This document shows, one piece after another, positions 1 to 7,906 of a stretch of 54,458 nucleotides of DNA (its first letter is position 1; each line of letters starts with the position of its first letter). The DNA is from Fidelibacterota bacterium. Lineage in GTDB: Bacteria > Fidelibacterota > Marinisomatia > Marinisomatales > Marinisomataceae. The stretch is taken from NCBI GenBank assembly GCA_029253045.1, contig JAQXAG010000093.1, positions 1 to 54,458 on the forward strand, written 5' to 3'. The notes below the pieces were generated by a model that searched no databases, was not told the DNA's origin, and saw only the letters and a list, made by a program, of their open reading frames with translations. Made by a program: the position numbers and the translations under genes.

Positions 1-16
1 CCTACCCAAGCTTTGA

Positions 17-481
17 TTGCTCCAGATTCTGGATCCATTGAAACAAAACCTGTATGTAGAAATTGCTTATAATATTTTAATGAATCATAATGCAGAGCAT
101 TGTATCAGTTTTCAGAATGTACGCAATATTTTAGATGATCAAGCCACTTGTGTGTTTAATGGCAAAGTAATTGTATCGCATGGTGCTCAGAAAACTGATT
201 CTAATCAATCAAATAAAAATTTACTACTATCAAATAGTGCTACTGCACATTCTAATCCACAATTAGAGATTTATGCAGATGATGTAAAGTGTGGACATGG
301 ATCTACTACTGGAGCATTAGATAAGGAAAGTATTTTTTACTTAAGAGCCAGAGGTATCAATGAACAGGATGCAAATAATATACTTATAAAAGCATTTGCT
401 AAAGAGATTCTAGAAGAATTTTTTGATGATGACATACGAAATTTATCAGAAGAAAATCTAAACCTTTGGATAGATGGATAA
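17..481 (+). CDS. sufD: Fe-S cluster assembly protein SufD, C-terminal part only. An in-frame TGA at 14-16 sits directly upstream, so the gene is truncated by the window edge or frame-disrupted.
   Basis: The translation carries the SufB/SufD C-terminal signature: HNAEHCISFQ..., FNGKVIV..AQKTDSNQSNKNLLLS, PQLEIYADDVKCGHGSTTG, FYLRARGI. It is followed by sufE, sufT and sufS. Confidence 0.75.
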   Translation: MLQILDPLKQNLYVEIAYNILMNHNAEHCISFQNVRNILDDQATCVFNGKVIVSHGAQKTDSNQSNKNLLLSNSATAHSNPQLEIYADDVKCGHGSTTGALDKESIFYLRARGINEQDANNILIKAFAKEILEEFFDDDIRNLSEENLNLWIDG

Positions 482-896
482 GATAGTTGAAAAATTATCT
501 CATATAAGAGATGGATTTTCTATCCTTGACGGTCAAGATAGATTAGTATACTTAATTGATTTAGGAAAAAAGATTGATCTCATCGATGAAAAACAAAAAG
601 TAGAATCAAATAAAGTCCATGCATGTACATCTCAAACATGGGTAAATATCAAAAATCACGATGATATAACTATTACCGCTGACTCTGAGAGCGCAATAGT
701 TAAAGGATTGCTTAAAATTTTACAGATTGGTTTTAATAATGAAGAAAAAAAGAATATTATTGATTTTATTGATGATTTTGATGAACCTATAAAGATTTTT
801 GAATGGCTCAATATAGGACCAACTATTTCCAGTCAAAGACAAAATGGATTCATTGGTGCTTTATTGTTCATTAAAAAAGAGCTAATAAATGAATAA
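474..896 (+). CDS. sufE: Cysteine desulfuration (sulfur acceptor) protein SufE
   Basis: 140 aa with a SufE-like active-site region (VHACTSQTWV). It overlaps the sufD stop by 8 nt and lies within the suf cluster. Confidence 0.8.
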   Translation: MDKIVEKLSHIRDGFSILDGQDRLVYLIDLGKKIDLIDEKQKVESNKVHACTSQTWVNIKNHDDITITADSESAIVKGLLKILQIGFNNEEKKNIIDFIDDFDEPIKIFEWLNIGPTISSQRQNGFIGALLFIKKELINE

Positions 897-1410
897 AGAA
901 TTTATAATTCAAACTGATGTCTATGTATTTAGTGTCCCAGATGGGCAAAAAACCCTTTTAACAGAGGGTATGTCTGGCATTATTTCTCAATCTCTAGGAG
1001 ATAATTATACTATTATTGTTGAGGGAAATATGTATCAAGTTAAAGGTATTGATGGCGAAGCTATTGGAGAAGAAAAACGATCTATAAATTCCAATAATTT
1101 TGCTAATGAAGAAGAAATTTGGAATGTATTACATACTTGTTATGACCCTGAAATTCCAGTAAATATCGTTGATTTAGGCTTAGTATATAATACAGATATC
1201 AAAGAAGATGACGACGGTGTAAATATTATGATACAAATGACTTTAACTGCACCTGGGTGCGGTATGGGTCCAGTGATTGCTGATGAAGTTAAACAAAAAT
1301 TATCCTCATTGAGCGGAGCAAAGAGCGTAGATGTTGAATTAGTCTGGGAGCCGCAATGGAACCAAGATATGATGTCTGATGCAGCAAAATTACAACTCGG
1401 CCTTTATTAG
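889..1410 (+). CDS. sufT: Long-form SUF assembly protein SufT (DUF59/MIP18 domain with an N-terminal extension)
   Basis: 173 aa. The C-terminal DUF59 pattern is present (YDPEIPVNIVDLGLVY...MTLTAPGCGMGPVI). Its position between sufE and sufS fits. Confidence 0.7.
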   Translation: MNKEFIIQTDVYVFSVPDGQKTLLTEGMSGIISQSLGDNYTIIVEGNMYQVKGIDGEAIGEEKRSINSNNFANEEEIWNVLHTCYDPEIPVNIVDLGLVYNTDIKEDDDGVNIMIQMTLTAPGCGMGPVIADEVKQKLSSLSGAKSVDVELVWEPQWNQDMMSDAAKLQLGLY

Positions 1411-1419
1411 AGAGCTATA

Positions 1420-2634
1420 ATGAATATTGAAAAAATAAAGGATCAATTTCCTATCTTAAAACAAAAAAACCGTGGGAAACCTTTAGTATACTTTGATAAT
1501 GCAGCTACTAGCTTAAAACCTTTATCTGTTATTGATTCAGAAAGTGATTTCTACAAAAACTATTATGGTAGCATACATCGTAGTGTTTATGAACTAGGTG
1601 AAAAAGCGACTAATGCTTTTGAAGGTACCAGAAATAAAGTTGCACAATTTATTGGAACGAAAGACAGTTCATCAATTATTTTTACTAAAGGAGCTACCGA
1701 AGCTATCAATCTAGTAGCAGATGCTTGGGGCCATACTAATCTAAGTAAAGGCGATATTGTGCTATTAACTGAAATGGAGCATCATTCTAATATTGTTCCT
1801 TGGCAAGTTATTACTAAACGAACAGGAGCAACATTAGACTATATTTCTGTACTAGAAGACGGAACTTTAGATATGGACAGCTTGAAAAGTAAGCTAACTA
1901 ATAAAGTAAAGATGCTTTCAATCACTCACGCTTCTAATGTTTTAGGTGCTATTAATTCTATAAAAGAGATTATCAATCTTGCGCATAACAATGAAACATT
2001 AGTAATGGTAGATGGATGTCAAAGTACTCCTCATTTTAAAATTGATGTTGAAGAATTAGATTGTGACTTCTTTGCTTTTTCAGGTCATAAAATGTTAGGA
2101 CCAACTGGCGTAGGAGTACTGTATGGTAAAAAAGATTTACTTGAAAAAATGGAACCTTATCAAACGGGTGGCGGAATGATCAAAGAAGTTACATTGGATA
2201 GATCGACGTGGAATGATGTACCCTATAAATTTGAAGCTGGATCGCCTAATGCAGCTCAAGTCATTGGATTAAGTCATGCAATTGATTATATCAACGATTT
2301 AGGAATAGACAAAATTACAACACACACCGAAATGCTTTCTGATTATGCATTTAAAGAATTGAGTAAAATTAACGATATAACTATATATGGACCTTCAGAT
2401 AATCGTATTTCTATTGTCAGCTTTAATATAAATGATATTCACTCTGGAGATATAAGTCAAATGCTAGATTATGAAGGTATTACACTCAGATCTGGAAGAC
2501 ATTGTTGCTCACCATTGATGTCTAAATTAAATATCTCATCATGCTTAAGATTGAGTCTTTATTTCTATAACGATATTTCAGAAATTGACTTGTTTATCGA
2601 CAAACTAAAGAAGGCTATTACTACTCTAAGCTAA
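1420..2634 (+). CDS. sufS: Cysteine desulfurase SufS (class V aminotransferase, group II)
   Basis: 404 aa with YFDNAATS, the PLP-lysine motif SGHKMLGPTGVGVLYG and the catalytic loop RSGRHCCSPL. Confidence 0.95.
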   Translation: MNIEKIKDQFPILKQKNRGKPLVYFDNAATSLKPLSVIDSESDFYKNYYGSIHRSVYELGEKATNAFEGTRNKVAQFIGTKDSSSIIFTKGATEAINLVADAWGHTNLSKGDIVLLTEMEHHSNIVPWQVITKRTGATLDYISVLEDGTLDMDSLKSKLTNKVKMLSITHASNVLGAINSIKEIINLAHNNETLVMVDGCQSTPHFKIDVEELDCDFFAFSGHKMLGPTGVGVLYGKKDLLEKMEPYQTGGGMIKEVTLDRSTWNDVPYKFEAGSPNAAQVIGLSHAIDYINDLGIDKITTHTEMLSDYAFKELSKINDITIYGPSDNRISIVSFNINDIHSGDISQMLDYEGITLRSGRHCCSPLMSKLNISSCLRLSLYFYNDISEIDLFIDKLKKAITTLS

Positions 2635-2879
2635 TGGAAACTATACAGCTAGACGACTTCTTAAGTGATGGAATCATTAAGGAAGAAGAATTCCGCAATC
2701 AAGTAAAAACTATTAATTGGGAATCATTCAGAGACAAACAGGTTATGATTAAGGGCTGTGCCAGTGTTCCTGTTCCAACCTGGGCATATTTAATTATATC
2801 AGCTAGGCTGTCTAATTATGCGAAGAAGATTTATTTTGGTGAGCCTTGTGCAGCAATTCAAATCTACAGCAAAAACTAA
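2634..2879 (+). CDS. Short DUF2480-like protein
   Basis: 81 aa. The ATG overlaps the sufS stop. The pattern CASVPVPTWAYLIISARLSNYAKKIYFG resembles the DUF2480 family commonly found next to suf genes in Bacteroidota, as remembered. It is about half the usual length. Confidence 0.55.
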   Translation: METIQLDDFLSDGIIKEEEFRNQVKTINWESFRDKQVMIKGCASVPVPTWAYLIISARLSNYAKKIYFGEPCAAIQIYSKN

Positions 2880-4729
2880 GATAAGTTTTCTGCAACAATA
2901 TCGGCTACATCTTTTACTTTGATTGGTTCTTGACCAGCTGGAGTTAATGGACCTACACCCTGATTCATCATACCATAACAAAAATTACATCCTGTTACTA
3001 CTGTATCAGTTTTAGATTCAATAACTTGCTCAGCTCTTAATAAATGAGTACGCCCTTCTCCACTATCTTTCTTCCACCAAAGTGCTCCTCCAGCTCCACA
3101 ACATAGCGTTTCTTTACCACTTTCTTCTAGTTCAAAAAATTCTGGTGCAGCAGCTTTTATAGCATTTCTTGGAGCGCTTACCTCATCTAAAGTTCTAGAA
3201 AGATTGCAAGGGTCATGATAGGTTACTTTTTCTAAAGAGCCTGGATTTATATCAATTTTACCCTGTTCTAATAGTTCTGAGATCACTTGGGTATGATGCT
3301 TTACTTCATATTTAATTTCATGGTACTTACTATATTCTTTTTGAAGGTTAACCACGCAATGTGGACACATTGTTGTCACATTTTTAACCTTATTTAATTC
3401 TTCAACATTTTGGTCCATAAGTAGTTGATATGTAAGCTTATCGCCCAACTTATTTGCAGGATCTCCAGAGCATTGCTCATTACTAAGTACTCCATATGTC
3501 ACACCAGCTGAATCTAAAATTTTAGTAAAATTCTTTACAGAGCTTATAAAGTTTGGATCCATAGCATGTTTAGCAAAACAGCCCAACCATAGCACTAATT
3601 CTTTATCGCTTGTATATGCTGGTAACTGTTGAAGTAATTCGCTTGATGATGCTCCTTCGGTGTTACCTGTTTCTTGTAGATTACGTAATAATTTTTGATA
3701 CTCTTGAGGTACATCTCCTTCGGCTAGGACTTGAAAACTTCTAATCTCATCTGCTTTTTCTACATGATTACCTACAGGACAAACTTCAGTACATGCTTGG
3801 CATGTTGTACACTCCCAGCCAGCTTCAACATTAATTTTATCAACCACGTTTGCATCTCCTGATTCTAACATTGGTTGCTTTAAATCTAGTATAAAATGAT
3901 ACTTTGGGTCTAATATACCTCCACCTCTATTTGCTGGACATACATCTGTGCATCTTCCACATTCTACGCATGTAAAAATATCTAATGCTTGGTCTTTACT
4001 TAATCTAGATAGATCAAGTAATAGATTATCTAACTCTTCTTCTGATGCCTCTAAATCGATTGGTATAGCTGGATGATTTGGTATTTCGAAAGGTCTTAAA
4101 AAAATATTGAAGGGCGAAAGAACTAAATGCATATGTTTTGACTTTGGAATAAGAAATAAGAATCCACCAATGACTCCGGAATGTATCCACCAGTTTACTT
4201 TATATGCTATTGGATTTTTAAGTAAATGTAATTCATCAATTAAATATGTAACCATTAAAGTAACAATAAAGACAGTCACCACAGCTGAGGTAGCAGAGAA
4301 CTTACCTAAAGCTTTAGGCTTAATAACAAATCTACGATAAGCTAATGCTAATATACCAAATGAGCATAAAAAGGCCCAAGGACCTCCAAATATTCTAAAA
4401 TACCAGAGTCGAAATGTATCATTAAAAAGGTATAGTCCAAATGCCATTAAAAAGTGATTGATTGTAATGAGTCCAAAGAAAATAAAGCCATACATCACAA
4501 GAGCATGCATTATCCCTGCGGATCTTCTTCCACCGCTTGCAACTTTTTTGTGTAAGATTACTTCATCAAACACTCTTTTTAAACGATCTGGAAGTTTATC
4601 AATAGTGAAATCAGATTTACCTTTTAAAACAATTTTAAGACGTAAAATCAGTTGATATAAAAAGAAAGATAGGCCGGAAGATAAAAAAAGGATTAAAACA
4701 ATTTGCTCTAGAAGAGAAAACTTTGTCAT
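2876..4729 (-). CDS. Membrane-anchored (Fe-S)-binding oxidoreductase: N-terminal multi-TM domain, 2x[4Fe-4S] ferredoxin motifs and CCG domains. Likely an Etf-linked quinone reductase.
   Basis: 617 aa. The N-terminal third is hydrophobic. It has CVECGRCTDVCP and CTTCQACTEVCP ferredoxin motifs and cysteine-rich CCG-type regions (MCPHC, DPCN, LCCGAGG, GCNFC). It sits directly downstream of etfBA on the same strand. Confidence 0.85.
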   Translation of the reverse strand: MTKFSLLEQIVLILFLSSGLSFFLYQLILRLKIVLKGKSDFTIDKLPDRLKRVFDEVILHKKVASGGRRSAGIMHALVMYGFIFFGLITINHFLMAFGLYLFNDTFRLWYFRIFGGPWAFLCSFGILALAYRRFVIKPKALGKFSATSAVVTVFIVTLMVTYLIDELHLLKNPIAYKVNWWIHSGVIGGFLFLIPKSKHMHLVLSPFNIFLRPFEIPNHPAIPIDLEASEEELDNLLLDLSRLSKDQALDIFTCVECGRCTDVCPANRGGGILDPKYHFILDLKQPMLESGDANVVDKINVEAGWECTTCQACTEVCPVGNHVEKADEIRSFQVLAEGDVPQEYQKLLRNLQETGNTEGASSSELLQQLPAYTSDKELVLWLGCFAKHAMDPNFISSVKNFTKILDSAGVTYGVLSNEQCSGDPANKLGDKLTYQLLMDQNVEELNKVKNVTTMCPHCVVNLQKEYSKYHEIKYEVKHHTQVISELLEQGKIDINPGSLEKVTYHDPCNLSRTLDEVSAPRNAIKAAAPEFFELEESGKETLCCGAGGALWWKKDSGEGRTHLLRAEQVIESKTDTVVTGCNFCYGMMNQGVGPLTPAGQEPIKVKDVADIVAENLS

Positions 4730-4746
4730 AAAATATATTAGTTAAT

Positions 4747-5718
4747 TTATTTCTTAAGTTCTTCTGTTAATTTTGGCACGATTTCCATCAAATCACCAAC
4801 AACAGCATAGTCTGCAATTTCAAAAATAGGGGCTTCTTCGTCCTTATTGATTGCAATAATATTCTTTGAACCTTTCATTCCTACAACATGTTGAATAGCA
4901 CCTGAAACGCCAACAGAGAAGTACAAATTAGGAGATACAGCTTGTCCTGAACTTCCAATTTGTCTGTATGATGGCAACCAACCCATATCTACTACAGGTC
5001 TTGAAGAACCTAGCTCTGCTCCCATCGCTTCTGTCAAGGATTCGACCATAGGGATGTTATCCTGACTTTCGATACCTCTACCAACAGATACAATCACATC
5101 TGCTGTAGTTAAGTCTACACCAGAAGCAGACTCTTGAAATTCTGGTTCACTAGTAGACTTAATATCGTCACTATTAATACTTACTTCAAAGACAGTCGTT
5201 GCATCAGAACCTCCCAATTCTATATTATCGCTAGAAAATGCTGCAGACTGAAAACTGAGAAGCGTTGTTTTGCTACTTGAATCTGATTGGATATTAGTAG
5301 CAAGTTTTGCATTAAACACTTGTCGTGCAAATACAGGGCTATCTCCATCATAAGTAACTGATATAATATCACTTACAAAGGGTATATCTAATTTAGCACT
5401 AACTCTCGGTAAGAAATCTCGTACCATGTAAGAGTGTCCCATTATTACATATTTAGGAGATAAATCTTTAATCACATCAGACAAAACTTTTGAATATCCA
5501 TCAGCTGAGTACGTACTTGTCATATCATGATCTGCTAGAATTAAATTTTGTAATTTATAATCACTTGCCTGCTCTTTAAGAGTGCTTGCATTTTCACCCA
5601 TACATAAAACAGATAAATCCATTCCTAATTTTGATGATAGACTCTGTCCTGCAGCTACAGCTTCTTTACTAAAGGCATGAATATTCCCTCTCTGATTTTC
5701 TAGTACAACTAATATCAT
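4747..5718 (-). CDS. etfA: Electron transfer flavoprotein alpha subunit
   Basis: 323 aa. The C-terminal FAD-binding region matches (SRPVVDMGWLPSYRQIGSSGQAVSPNLYFSVGVSGAIQHVVGM..IIAINKDEEAPIF). It overlaps the etfB stop by 4 nt. Confidence 0.9.
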   Translation of the reverse strand: MILVVLENQRGNIHAFSKEAVAAGQSLSSKLGMDLSVLCMGENASTLKEQASDYKLQNLILADHDMTSTYSADGYSKVLSDVIKDLSPKYVIMGHSYMVRDFLPRVSAKLDIPFVSDIISVTYDGDSPVFARQVFNAKLATNIQSDSSSKTTLLSFQSAAFSSDNIELGGSDATTVFEVSINSDDIKSTSEPEFQESASGVDLTTADVIVSVGRGIESQDNIPMVESLTEAMGAELGSSRPVVDMGWLPSYRQIGSSGQAVSPNLYFSVGVSGAIQHVVGMKGSKNIIAINKDEEAPIFEIADYAVVGDLMEIVPKLTEELKK

Positions 5719-6485
5719 GATACTACTCTTAATTTATTTTTTAATATATCCATAAGCTTAGCTACTATTCCATCAACATCACCTTCAATTTTTTCTGTAG
5801 CTTTTTCAGTCTTAGGAATAAATAGATTCAAAAAATTTTGTTTAGGTGAATCAGACAGCTGGCCATCTACTACTTTTGATTCCTTGCGTTTGGCTCCCAT
5901 AATTCCTTTTAATGAAGGATATCGAGGTTCATTAATACCAGATTGTATAGATATACTTGCTGGGAAAGGAAGTGTTACCCACTGAAACCATCCAGATTCT
6001 AATTCTCTTTTAATTTTAATTTGACCATCCTGAATATCAGTTTCAATACCTAGGGTAGCAGTTGACATCCCTAATAACTCTCCAAGAAGCACTCCAGTTT
6101 GACCAGAACCTAAATCATCTGACTGCAGCCCAGAGAAAATAAGATCGAAATTTTCATCTTTTAAGTTCTCTGAAAATAATTTTGCTATTGATAATGGATC
6201 TGTATATGAATCTTCATTCTGAATAAAAATAGCTCTGTCTGCGCCCTTGGCTAGTCCATCTTTTAATACTTTAGAGGTATTATCCTGAGAACCCATAGTA
6301 ACAACTACAACCTCAGTTCCATTATCCAATTTTTCCTTAATTTGCAATGCCTCTTCAAGAGCATAAGAGTCACTTTCATTTACAACGAAGTTTACAACTG
6401 ATTCATCGATCCACTTAGATGTGGAGTCAATACGAATGCTAGATTCGTAACTTGGAATTGCTTTGGTTAGTACTGCTATTTTCAT
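5715..6485 (-). CDS. etfB: Electron transfer flavoprotein beta subunit
   Basis: 256 aa with an EtfB-like layout (MKIAVLTK..., NESDSYALEEAL, DLIFSGLQSDD) and genetic coupling to etfA. Confidence 0.9.
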   Translation of the reverse strand: MKIAVLTKAIPSYESSIRIDSTSKWIDESVVNFVVNESDSYALEEALQIKEKLDNGTEVVVVTMGSQDNTSKVLKDGLAKGADRAIFIQNEDSYTDPLSIAKLFSENLKDENFDLIFSGLQSDDLGSGQTGVLLGELLGMSTATLGIETDIQDGQIKIKRELESGWFQWVTLPFPASISIQSGINEPRYPSLKGIMGAKRKESKVVDGQLSDSPKQNFLNLFIPKTEKATEKIEGDVDGIVAKLMDILKNKLRVVS

Positions 6486-6563
6486 AATAATTTTTAAAAC
6501 CGACTACTCGGTCTAGTACGCAATATTAATTCTAATCTTGTAATGAAGCAAATTAAAAAGAAT

Positions 6564-6635
6564 AAAAAAACAGGCTATAAAAGAAAGTTGATAAGCGGGG
6601 GAAAGTCTTTCAATCTTTCGCAATTTTATAGCCTG
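6564..6635 (-). terminator. Putative intrinsic terminator: a long interrupted hairpin followed by U7 on the minus strand
   Basis: CAGGCTATAAAA (6571-6582) pairs perfectly with TTTTATAGCCTG (6624-6635). An inner stem is GAAAGTTGA / TCAA(T)CTTTC. Read on the minus strand, the hairpin is followed at once by TTTTTTT (complement of 6564-6570). It lies 65 nt downstream of the minus-strand stop at 6700. Confidence 0.5.
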
Positions 6636-6699
6636 AAATATTTTAATTCTCGACCAATTTAACAGAAAGTTTGATGTATTGTAAAGATAAAAATATGTA

Positions 6700-7101
6700 T
6701 TACGAGTCAGAATCTTCCATAGCAAACTTTGTCCAATCGCTTGATACGGCAGATTCATCAATAGAAGTTTCGGAAGGCTTAGCAGTGGATGTGAACTTTG
6801 AGTCGTCTTCATAAATATTAAGACTATCTTTTTTTGTTTCATACTTGTCAAGATCTAATTCTTCATCTTCACTATCTAAGCTTTCTTTATCTTGACTATA
6901 TAAATCTAGGTCAAAAAAGTCTAAATTTTCTACATGTCCATTTTCCATTAGATACTCTAGAAATGGAAGATATATTCTTTGTTTAAGATTTGCTTTGCAA
7001 AGAGGGCACTTTAATGACGCGCCAATCTCCGAAGTTTTTATCTCTTCGTCACAACAAGGACTTATGACCTCATCTACCTGATTTAAATCGAAAGAATCCA
7101 T
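6700..7101 (-). CDS. Hypothetical zinc-ribbon protein with a long acidic C-terminal tail
   Basis: 133 aa. The N-terminus has PCC-x17-CPLC (four Cys). The remainder is strongly Asp/Glu/Ser-rich. It is co-directional and 34 nt downstream of the LbH gene. No family was recognised. Confidence 0.55.
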   Translation of the reverse strand: MDSFDLNQVDEVISPCCDEEIKTSEIGASLKCPLCKANLKQRIYLPFLEYLMENGHVENLDFFDLDLYSQDKESLDSEDEELDLDKYETKKDSLNIYEDDSKFTSTAKPSETSIDESAVSSDWTKFAMEDSDS

Positions 7102-7135
7102 ACAGTCTCGAAAGTATTATTAGTTATGTATGGAG

Positions 7136-7906
7136 TCAATAGTTTTTGTAAATACTATTTAAGATTGACTTTTCAGAGGATGAAAGTTCTTTTTTTCTTC
7201 TTTTCATAGCTTTTTCAGCTACATCGCAAAAGTCATCAAATTTTGTTTTTATCACCTTATTTTTATAAAACATTGAAAAAGCAGGGATGTGTCTCGGCGG
7301 AAATGTTTGCGAGACAATATTACATCCTAACTCAATAACTGTACCAGTGTTCAGATTCGTTCCAATAGCTGTCTTAACATGCTCTCCAATAATAGATCCA
7401 AAAAATATAGAACCCGTATCTACTAGCTGCCCATTCCATTTTACTTTTATGGAGGAGTAGTTGTTTTTCAAATTACTTGTAGTTGTACCAGCTCCCAAAT
7501 TTGCCCATGATCCAATAAAGCTGTGCCCCAAAAATCCTTCATGAGACTTATTAGAATATGGTTGAAAGACACAAGAATTAACTTCTCCACTTACCTTACA
7601 ATCATGATTAATAATAGTGTTTGAAATAGTAGAATGAGATTTTACTAATGTATTTTTACCTATAAATATGGGACCATTTAAAACAGTAAAAGGTTCTACA
7701 GTTGCAGTATCATCTATAATCACTGGACCTTGACTCTCATTAATGATGACATTATCAATAGATATTTCAGACGATTTGCTATTAATAAAAAAATCAGGGA
7801 TACTTGCAATCAAATCCCAGAAGTATTTATCTTTATCTAAAAAAGAACTGGTCTTATCTAGTAAAATAAGATCTGATGTTATGATATTTTTTAAATATTC
7901 ATTCAT
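7136..7906 (-). CDS. Left-handed beta-helix (hexapeptide-repeat) transferase-like protein, resembling the GlmU-family C-terminal half and lacking a nucleotidyltransferase domain
   Basis: 256 aa with repeated hexapeptide-like units (IGKNTLVKSHSTISNTIINHDCKVSGEVNSCV...IGSWANLGAGTTTSNLKNNY...IGEHVKTAIGTNLNTGTVI). Confidence 0.65.
   Translation of the reverse strand: MNEYLKNIITSDLILLDKTSSFLDKDKYFWDLIASIPDFFINSKSSEISIDNVIINESQGPVIIDDTATVEPFTVLNGPIFIGKNTLVKSHSTISNTIINHDCKVSGEVNSCVFQPYSNKSHEGFLGHSFIGSWANLGAGTTTSNLKNNYSSIKVKWNGQLVDTGSIFFGSIIGEHVKTAIGTNLNTGTVIELGCNIVSQTFPPRHIPAFSMFYKNKVIKTKFDDFCDVAEKAMKRRKKELSSSEKSILNSIYKNY

Noticed and set aside
14-16. TGA might be reassigned (genetic code 4 or 25), which would explain the in-frame TGA in sufD.
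   Set aside because: TGA terminates several genes at the family-expected C-termini (rng at 14889-14891, the cupredoxin gene at 35328-35330, the outer-membrane factor gene at 29493-29495, and topA at 48988-48990). The standard code therefore applies.
4107-4655. Two plus-strand ORFs (4107-4340 and 4458-4655) lie inside the Fe-S oxidoreductase gene.
   Set aside because: They are antisense to the membrane domain of a well-supported gene, and they are short with no motifs.
6513-6851. A 112-aa minus-strand ORF spans the etfB-upstream gap and overlaps the zinc-ribbon gene.
   Set aside because: Its translation is Leu/Ile/Phe/Tyr-rich junk. It overlaps the better-supported 6700-7101 ORF in another frame, and it runs through the hairpin/U-tract terminator.
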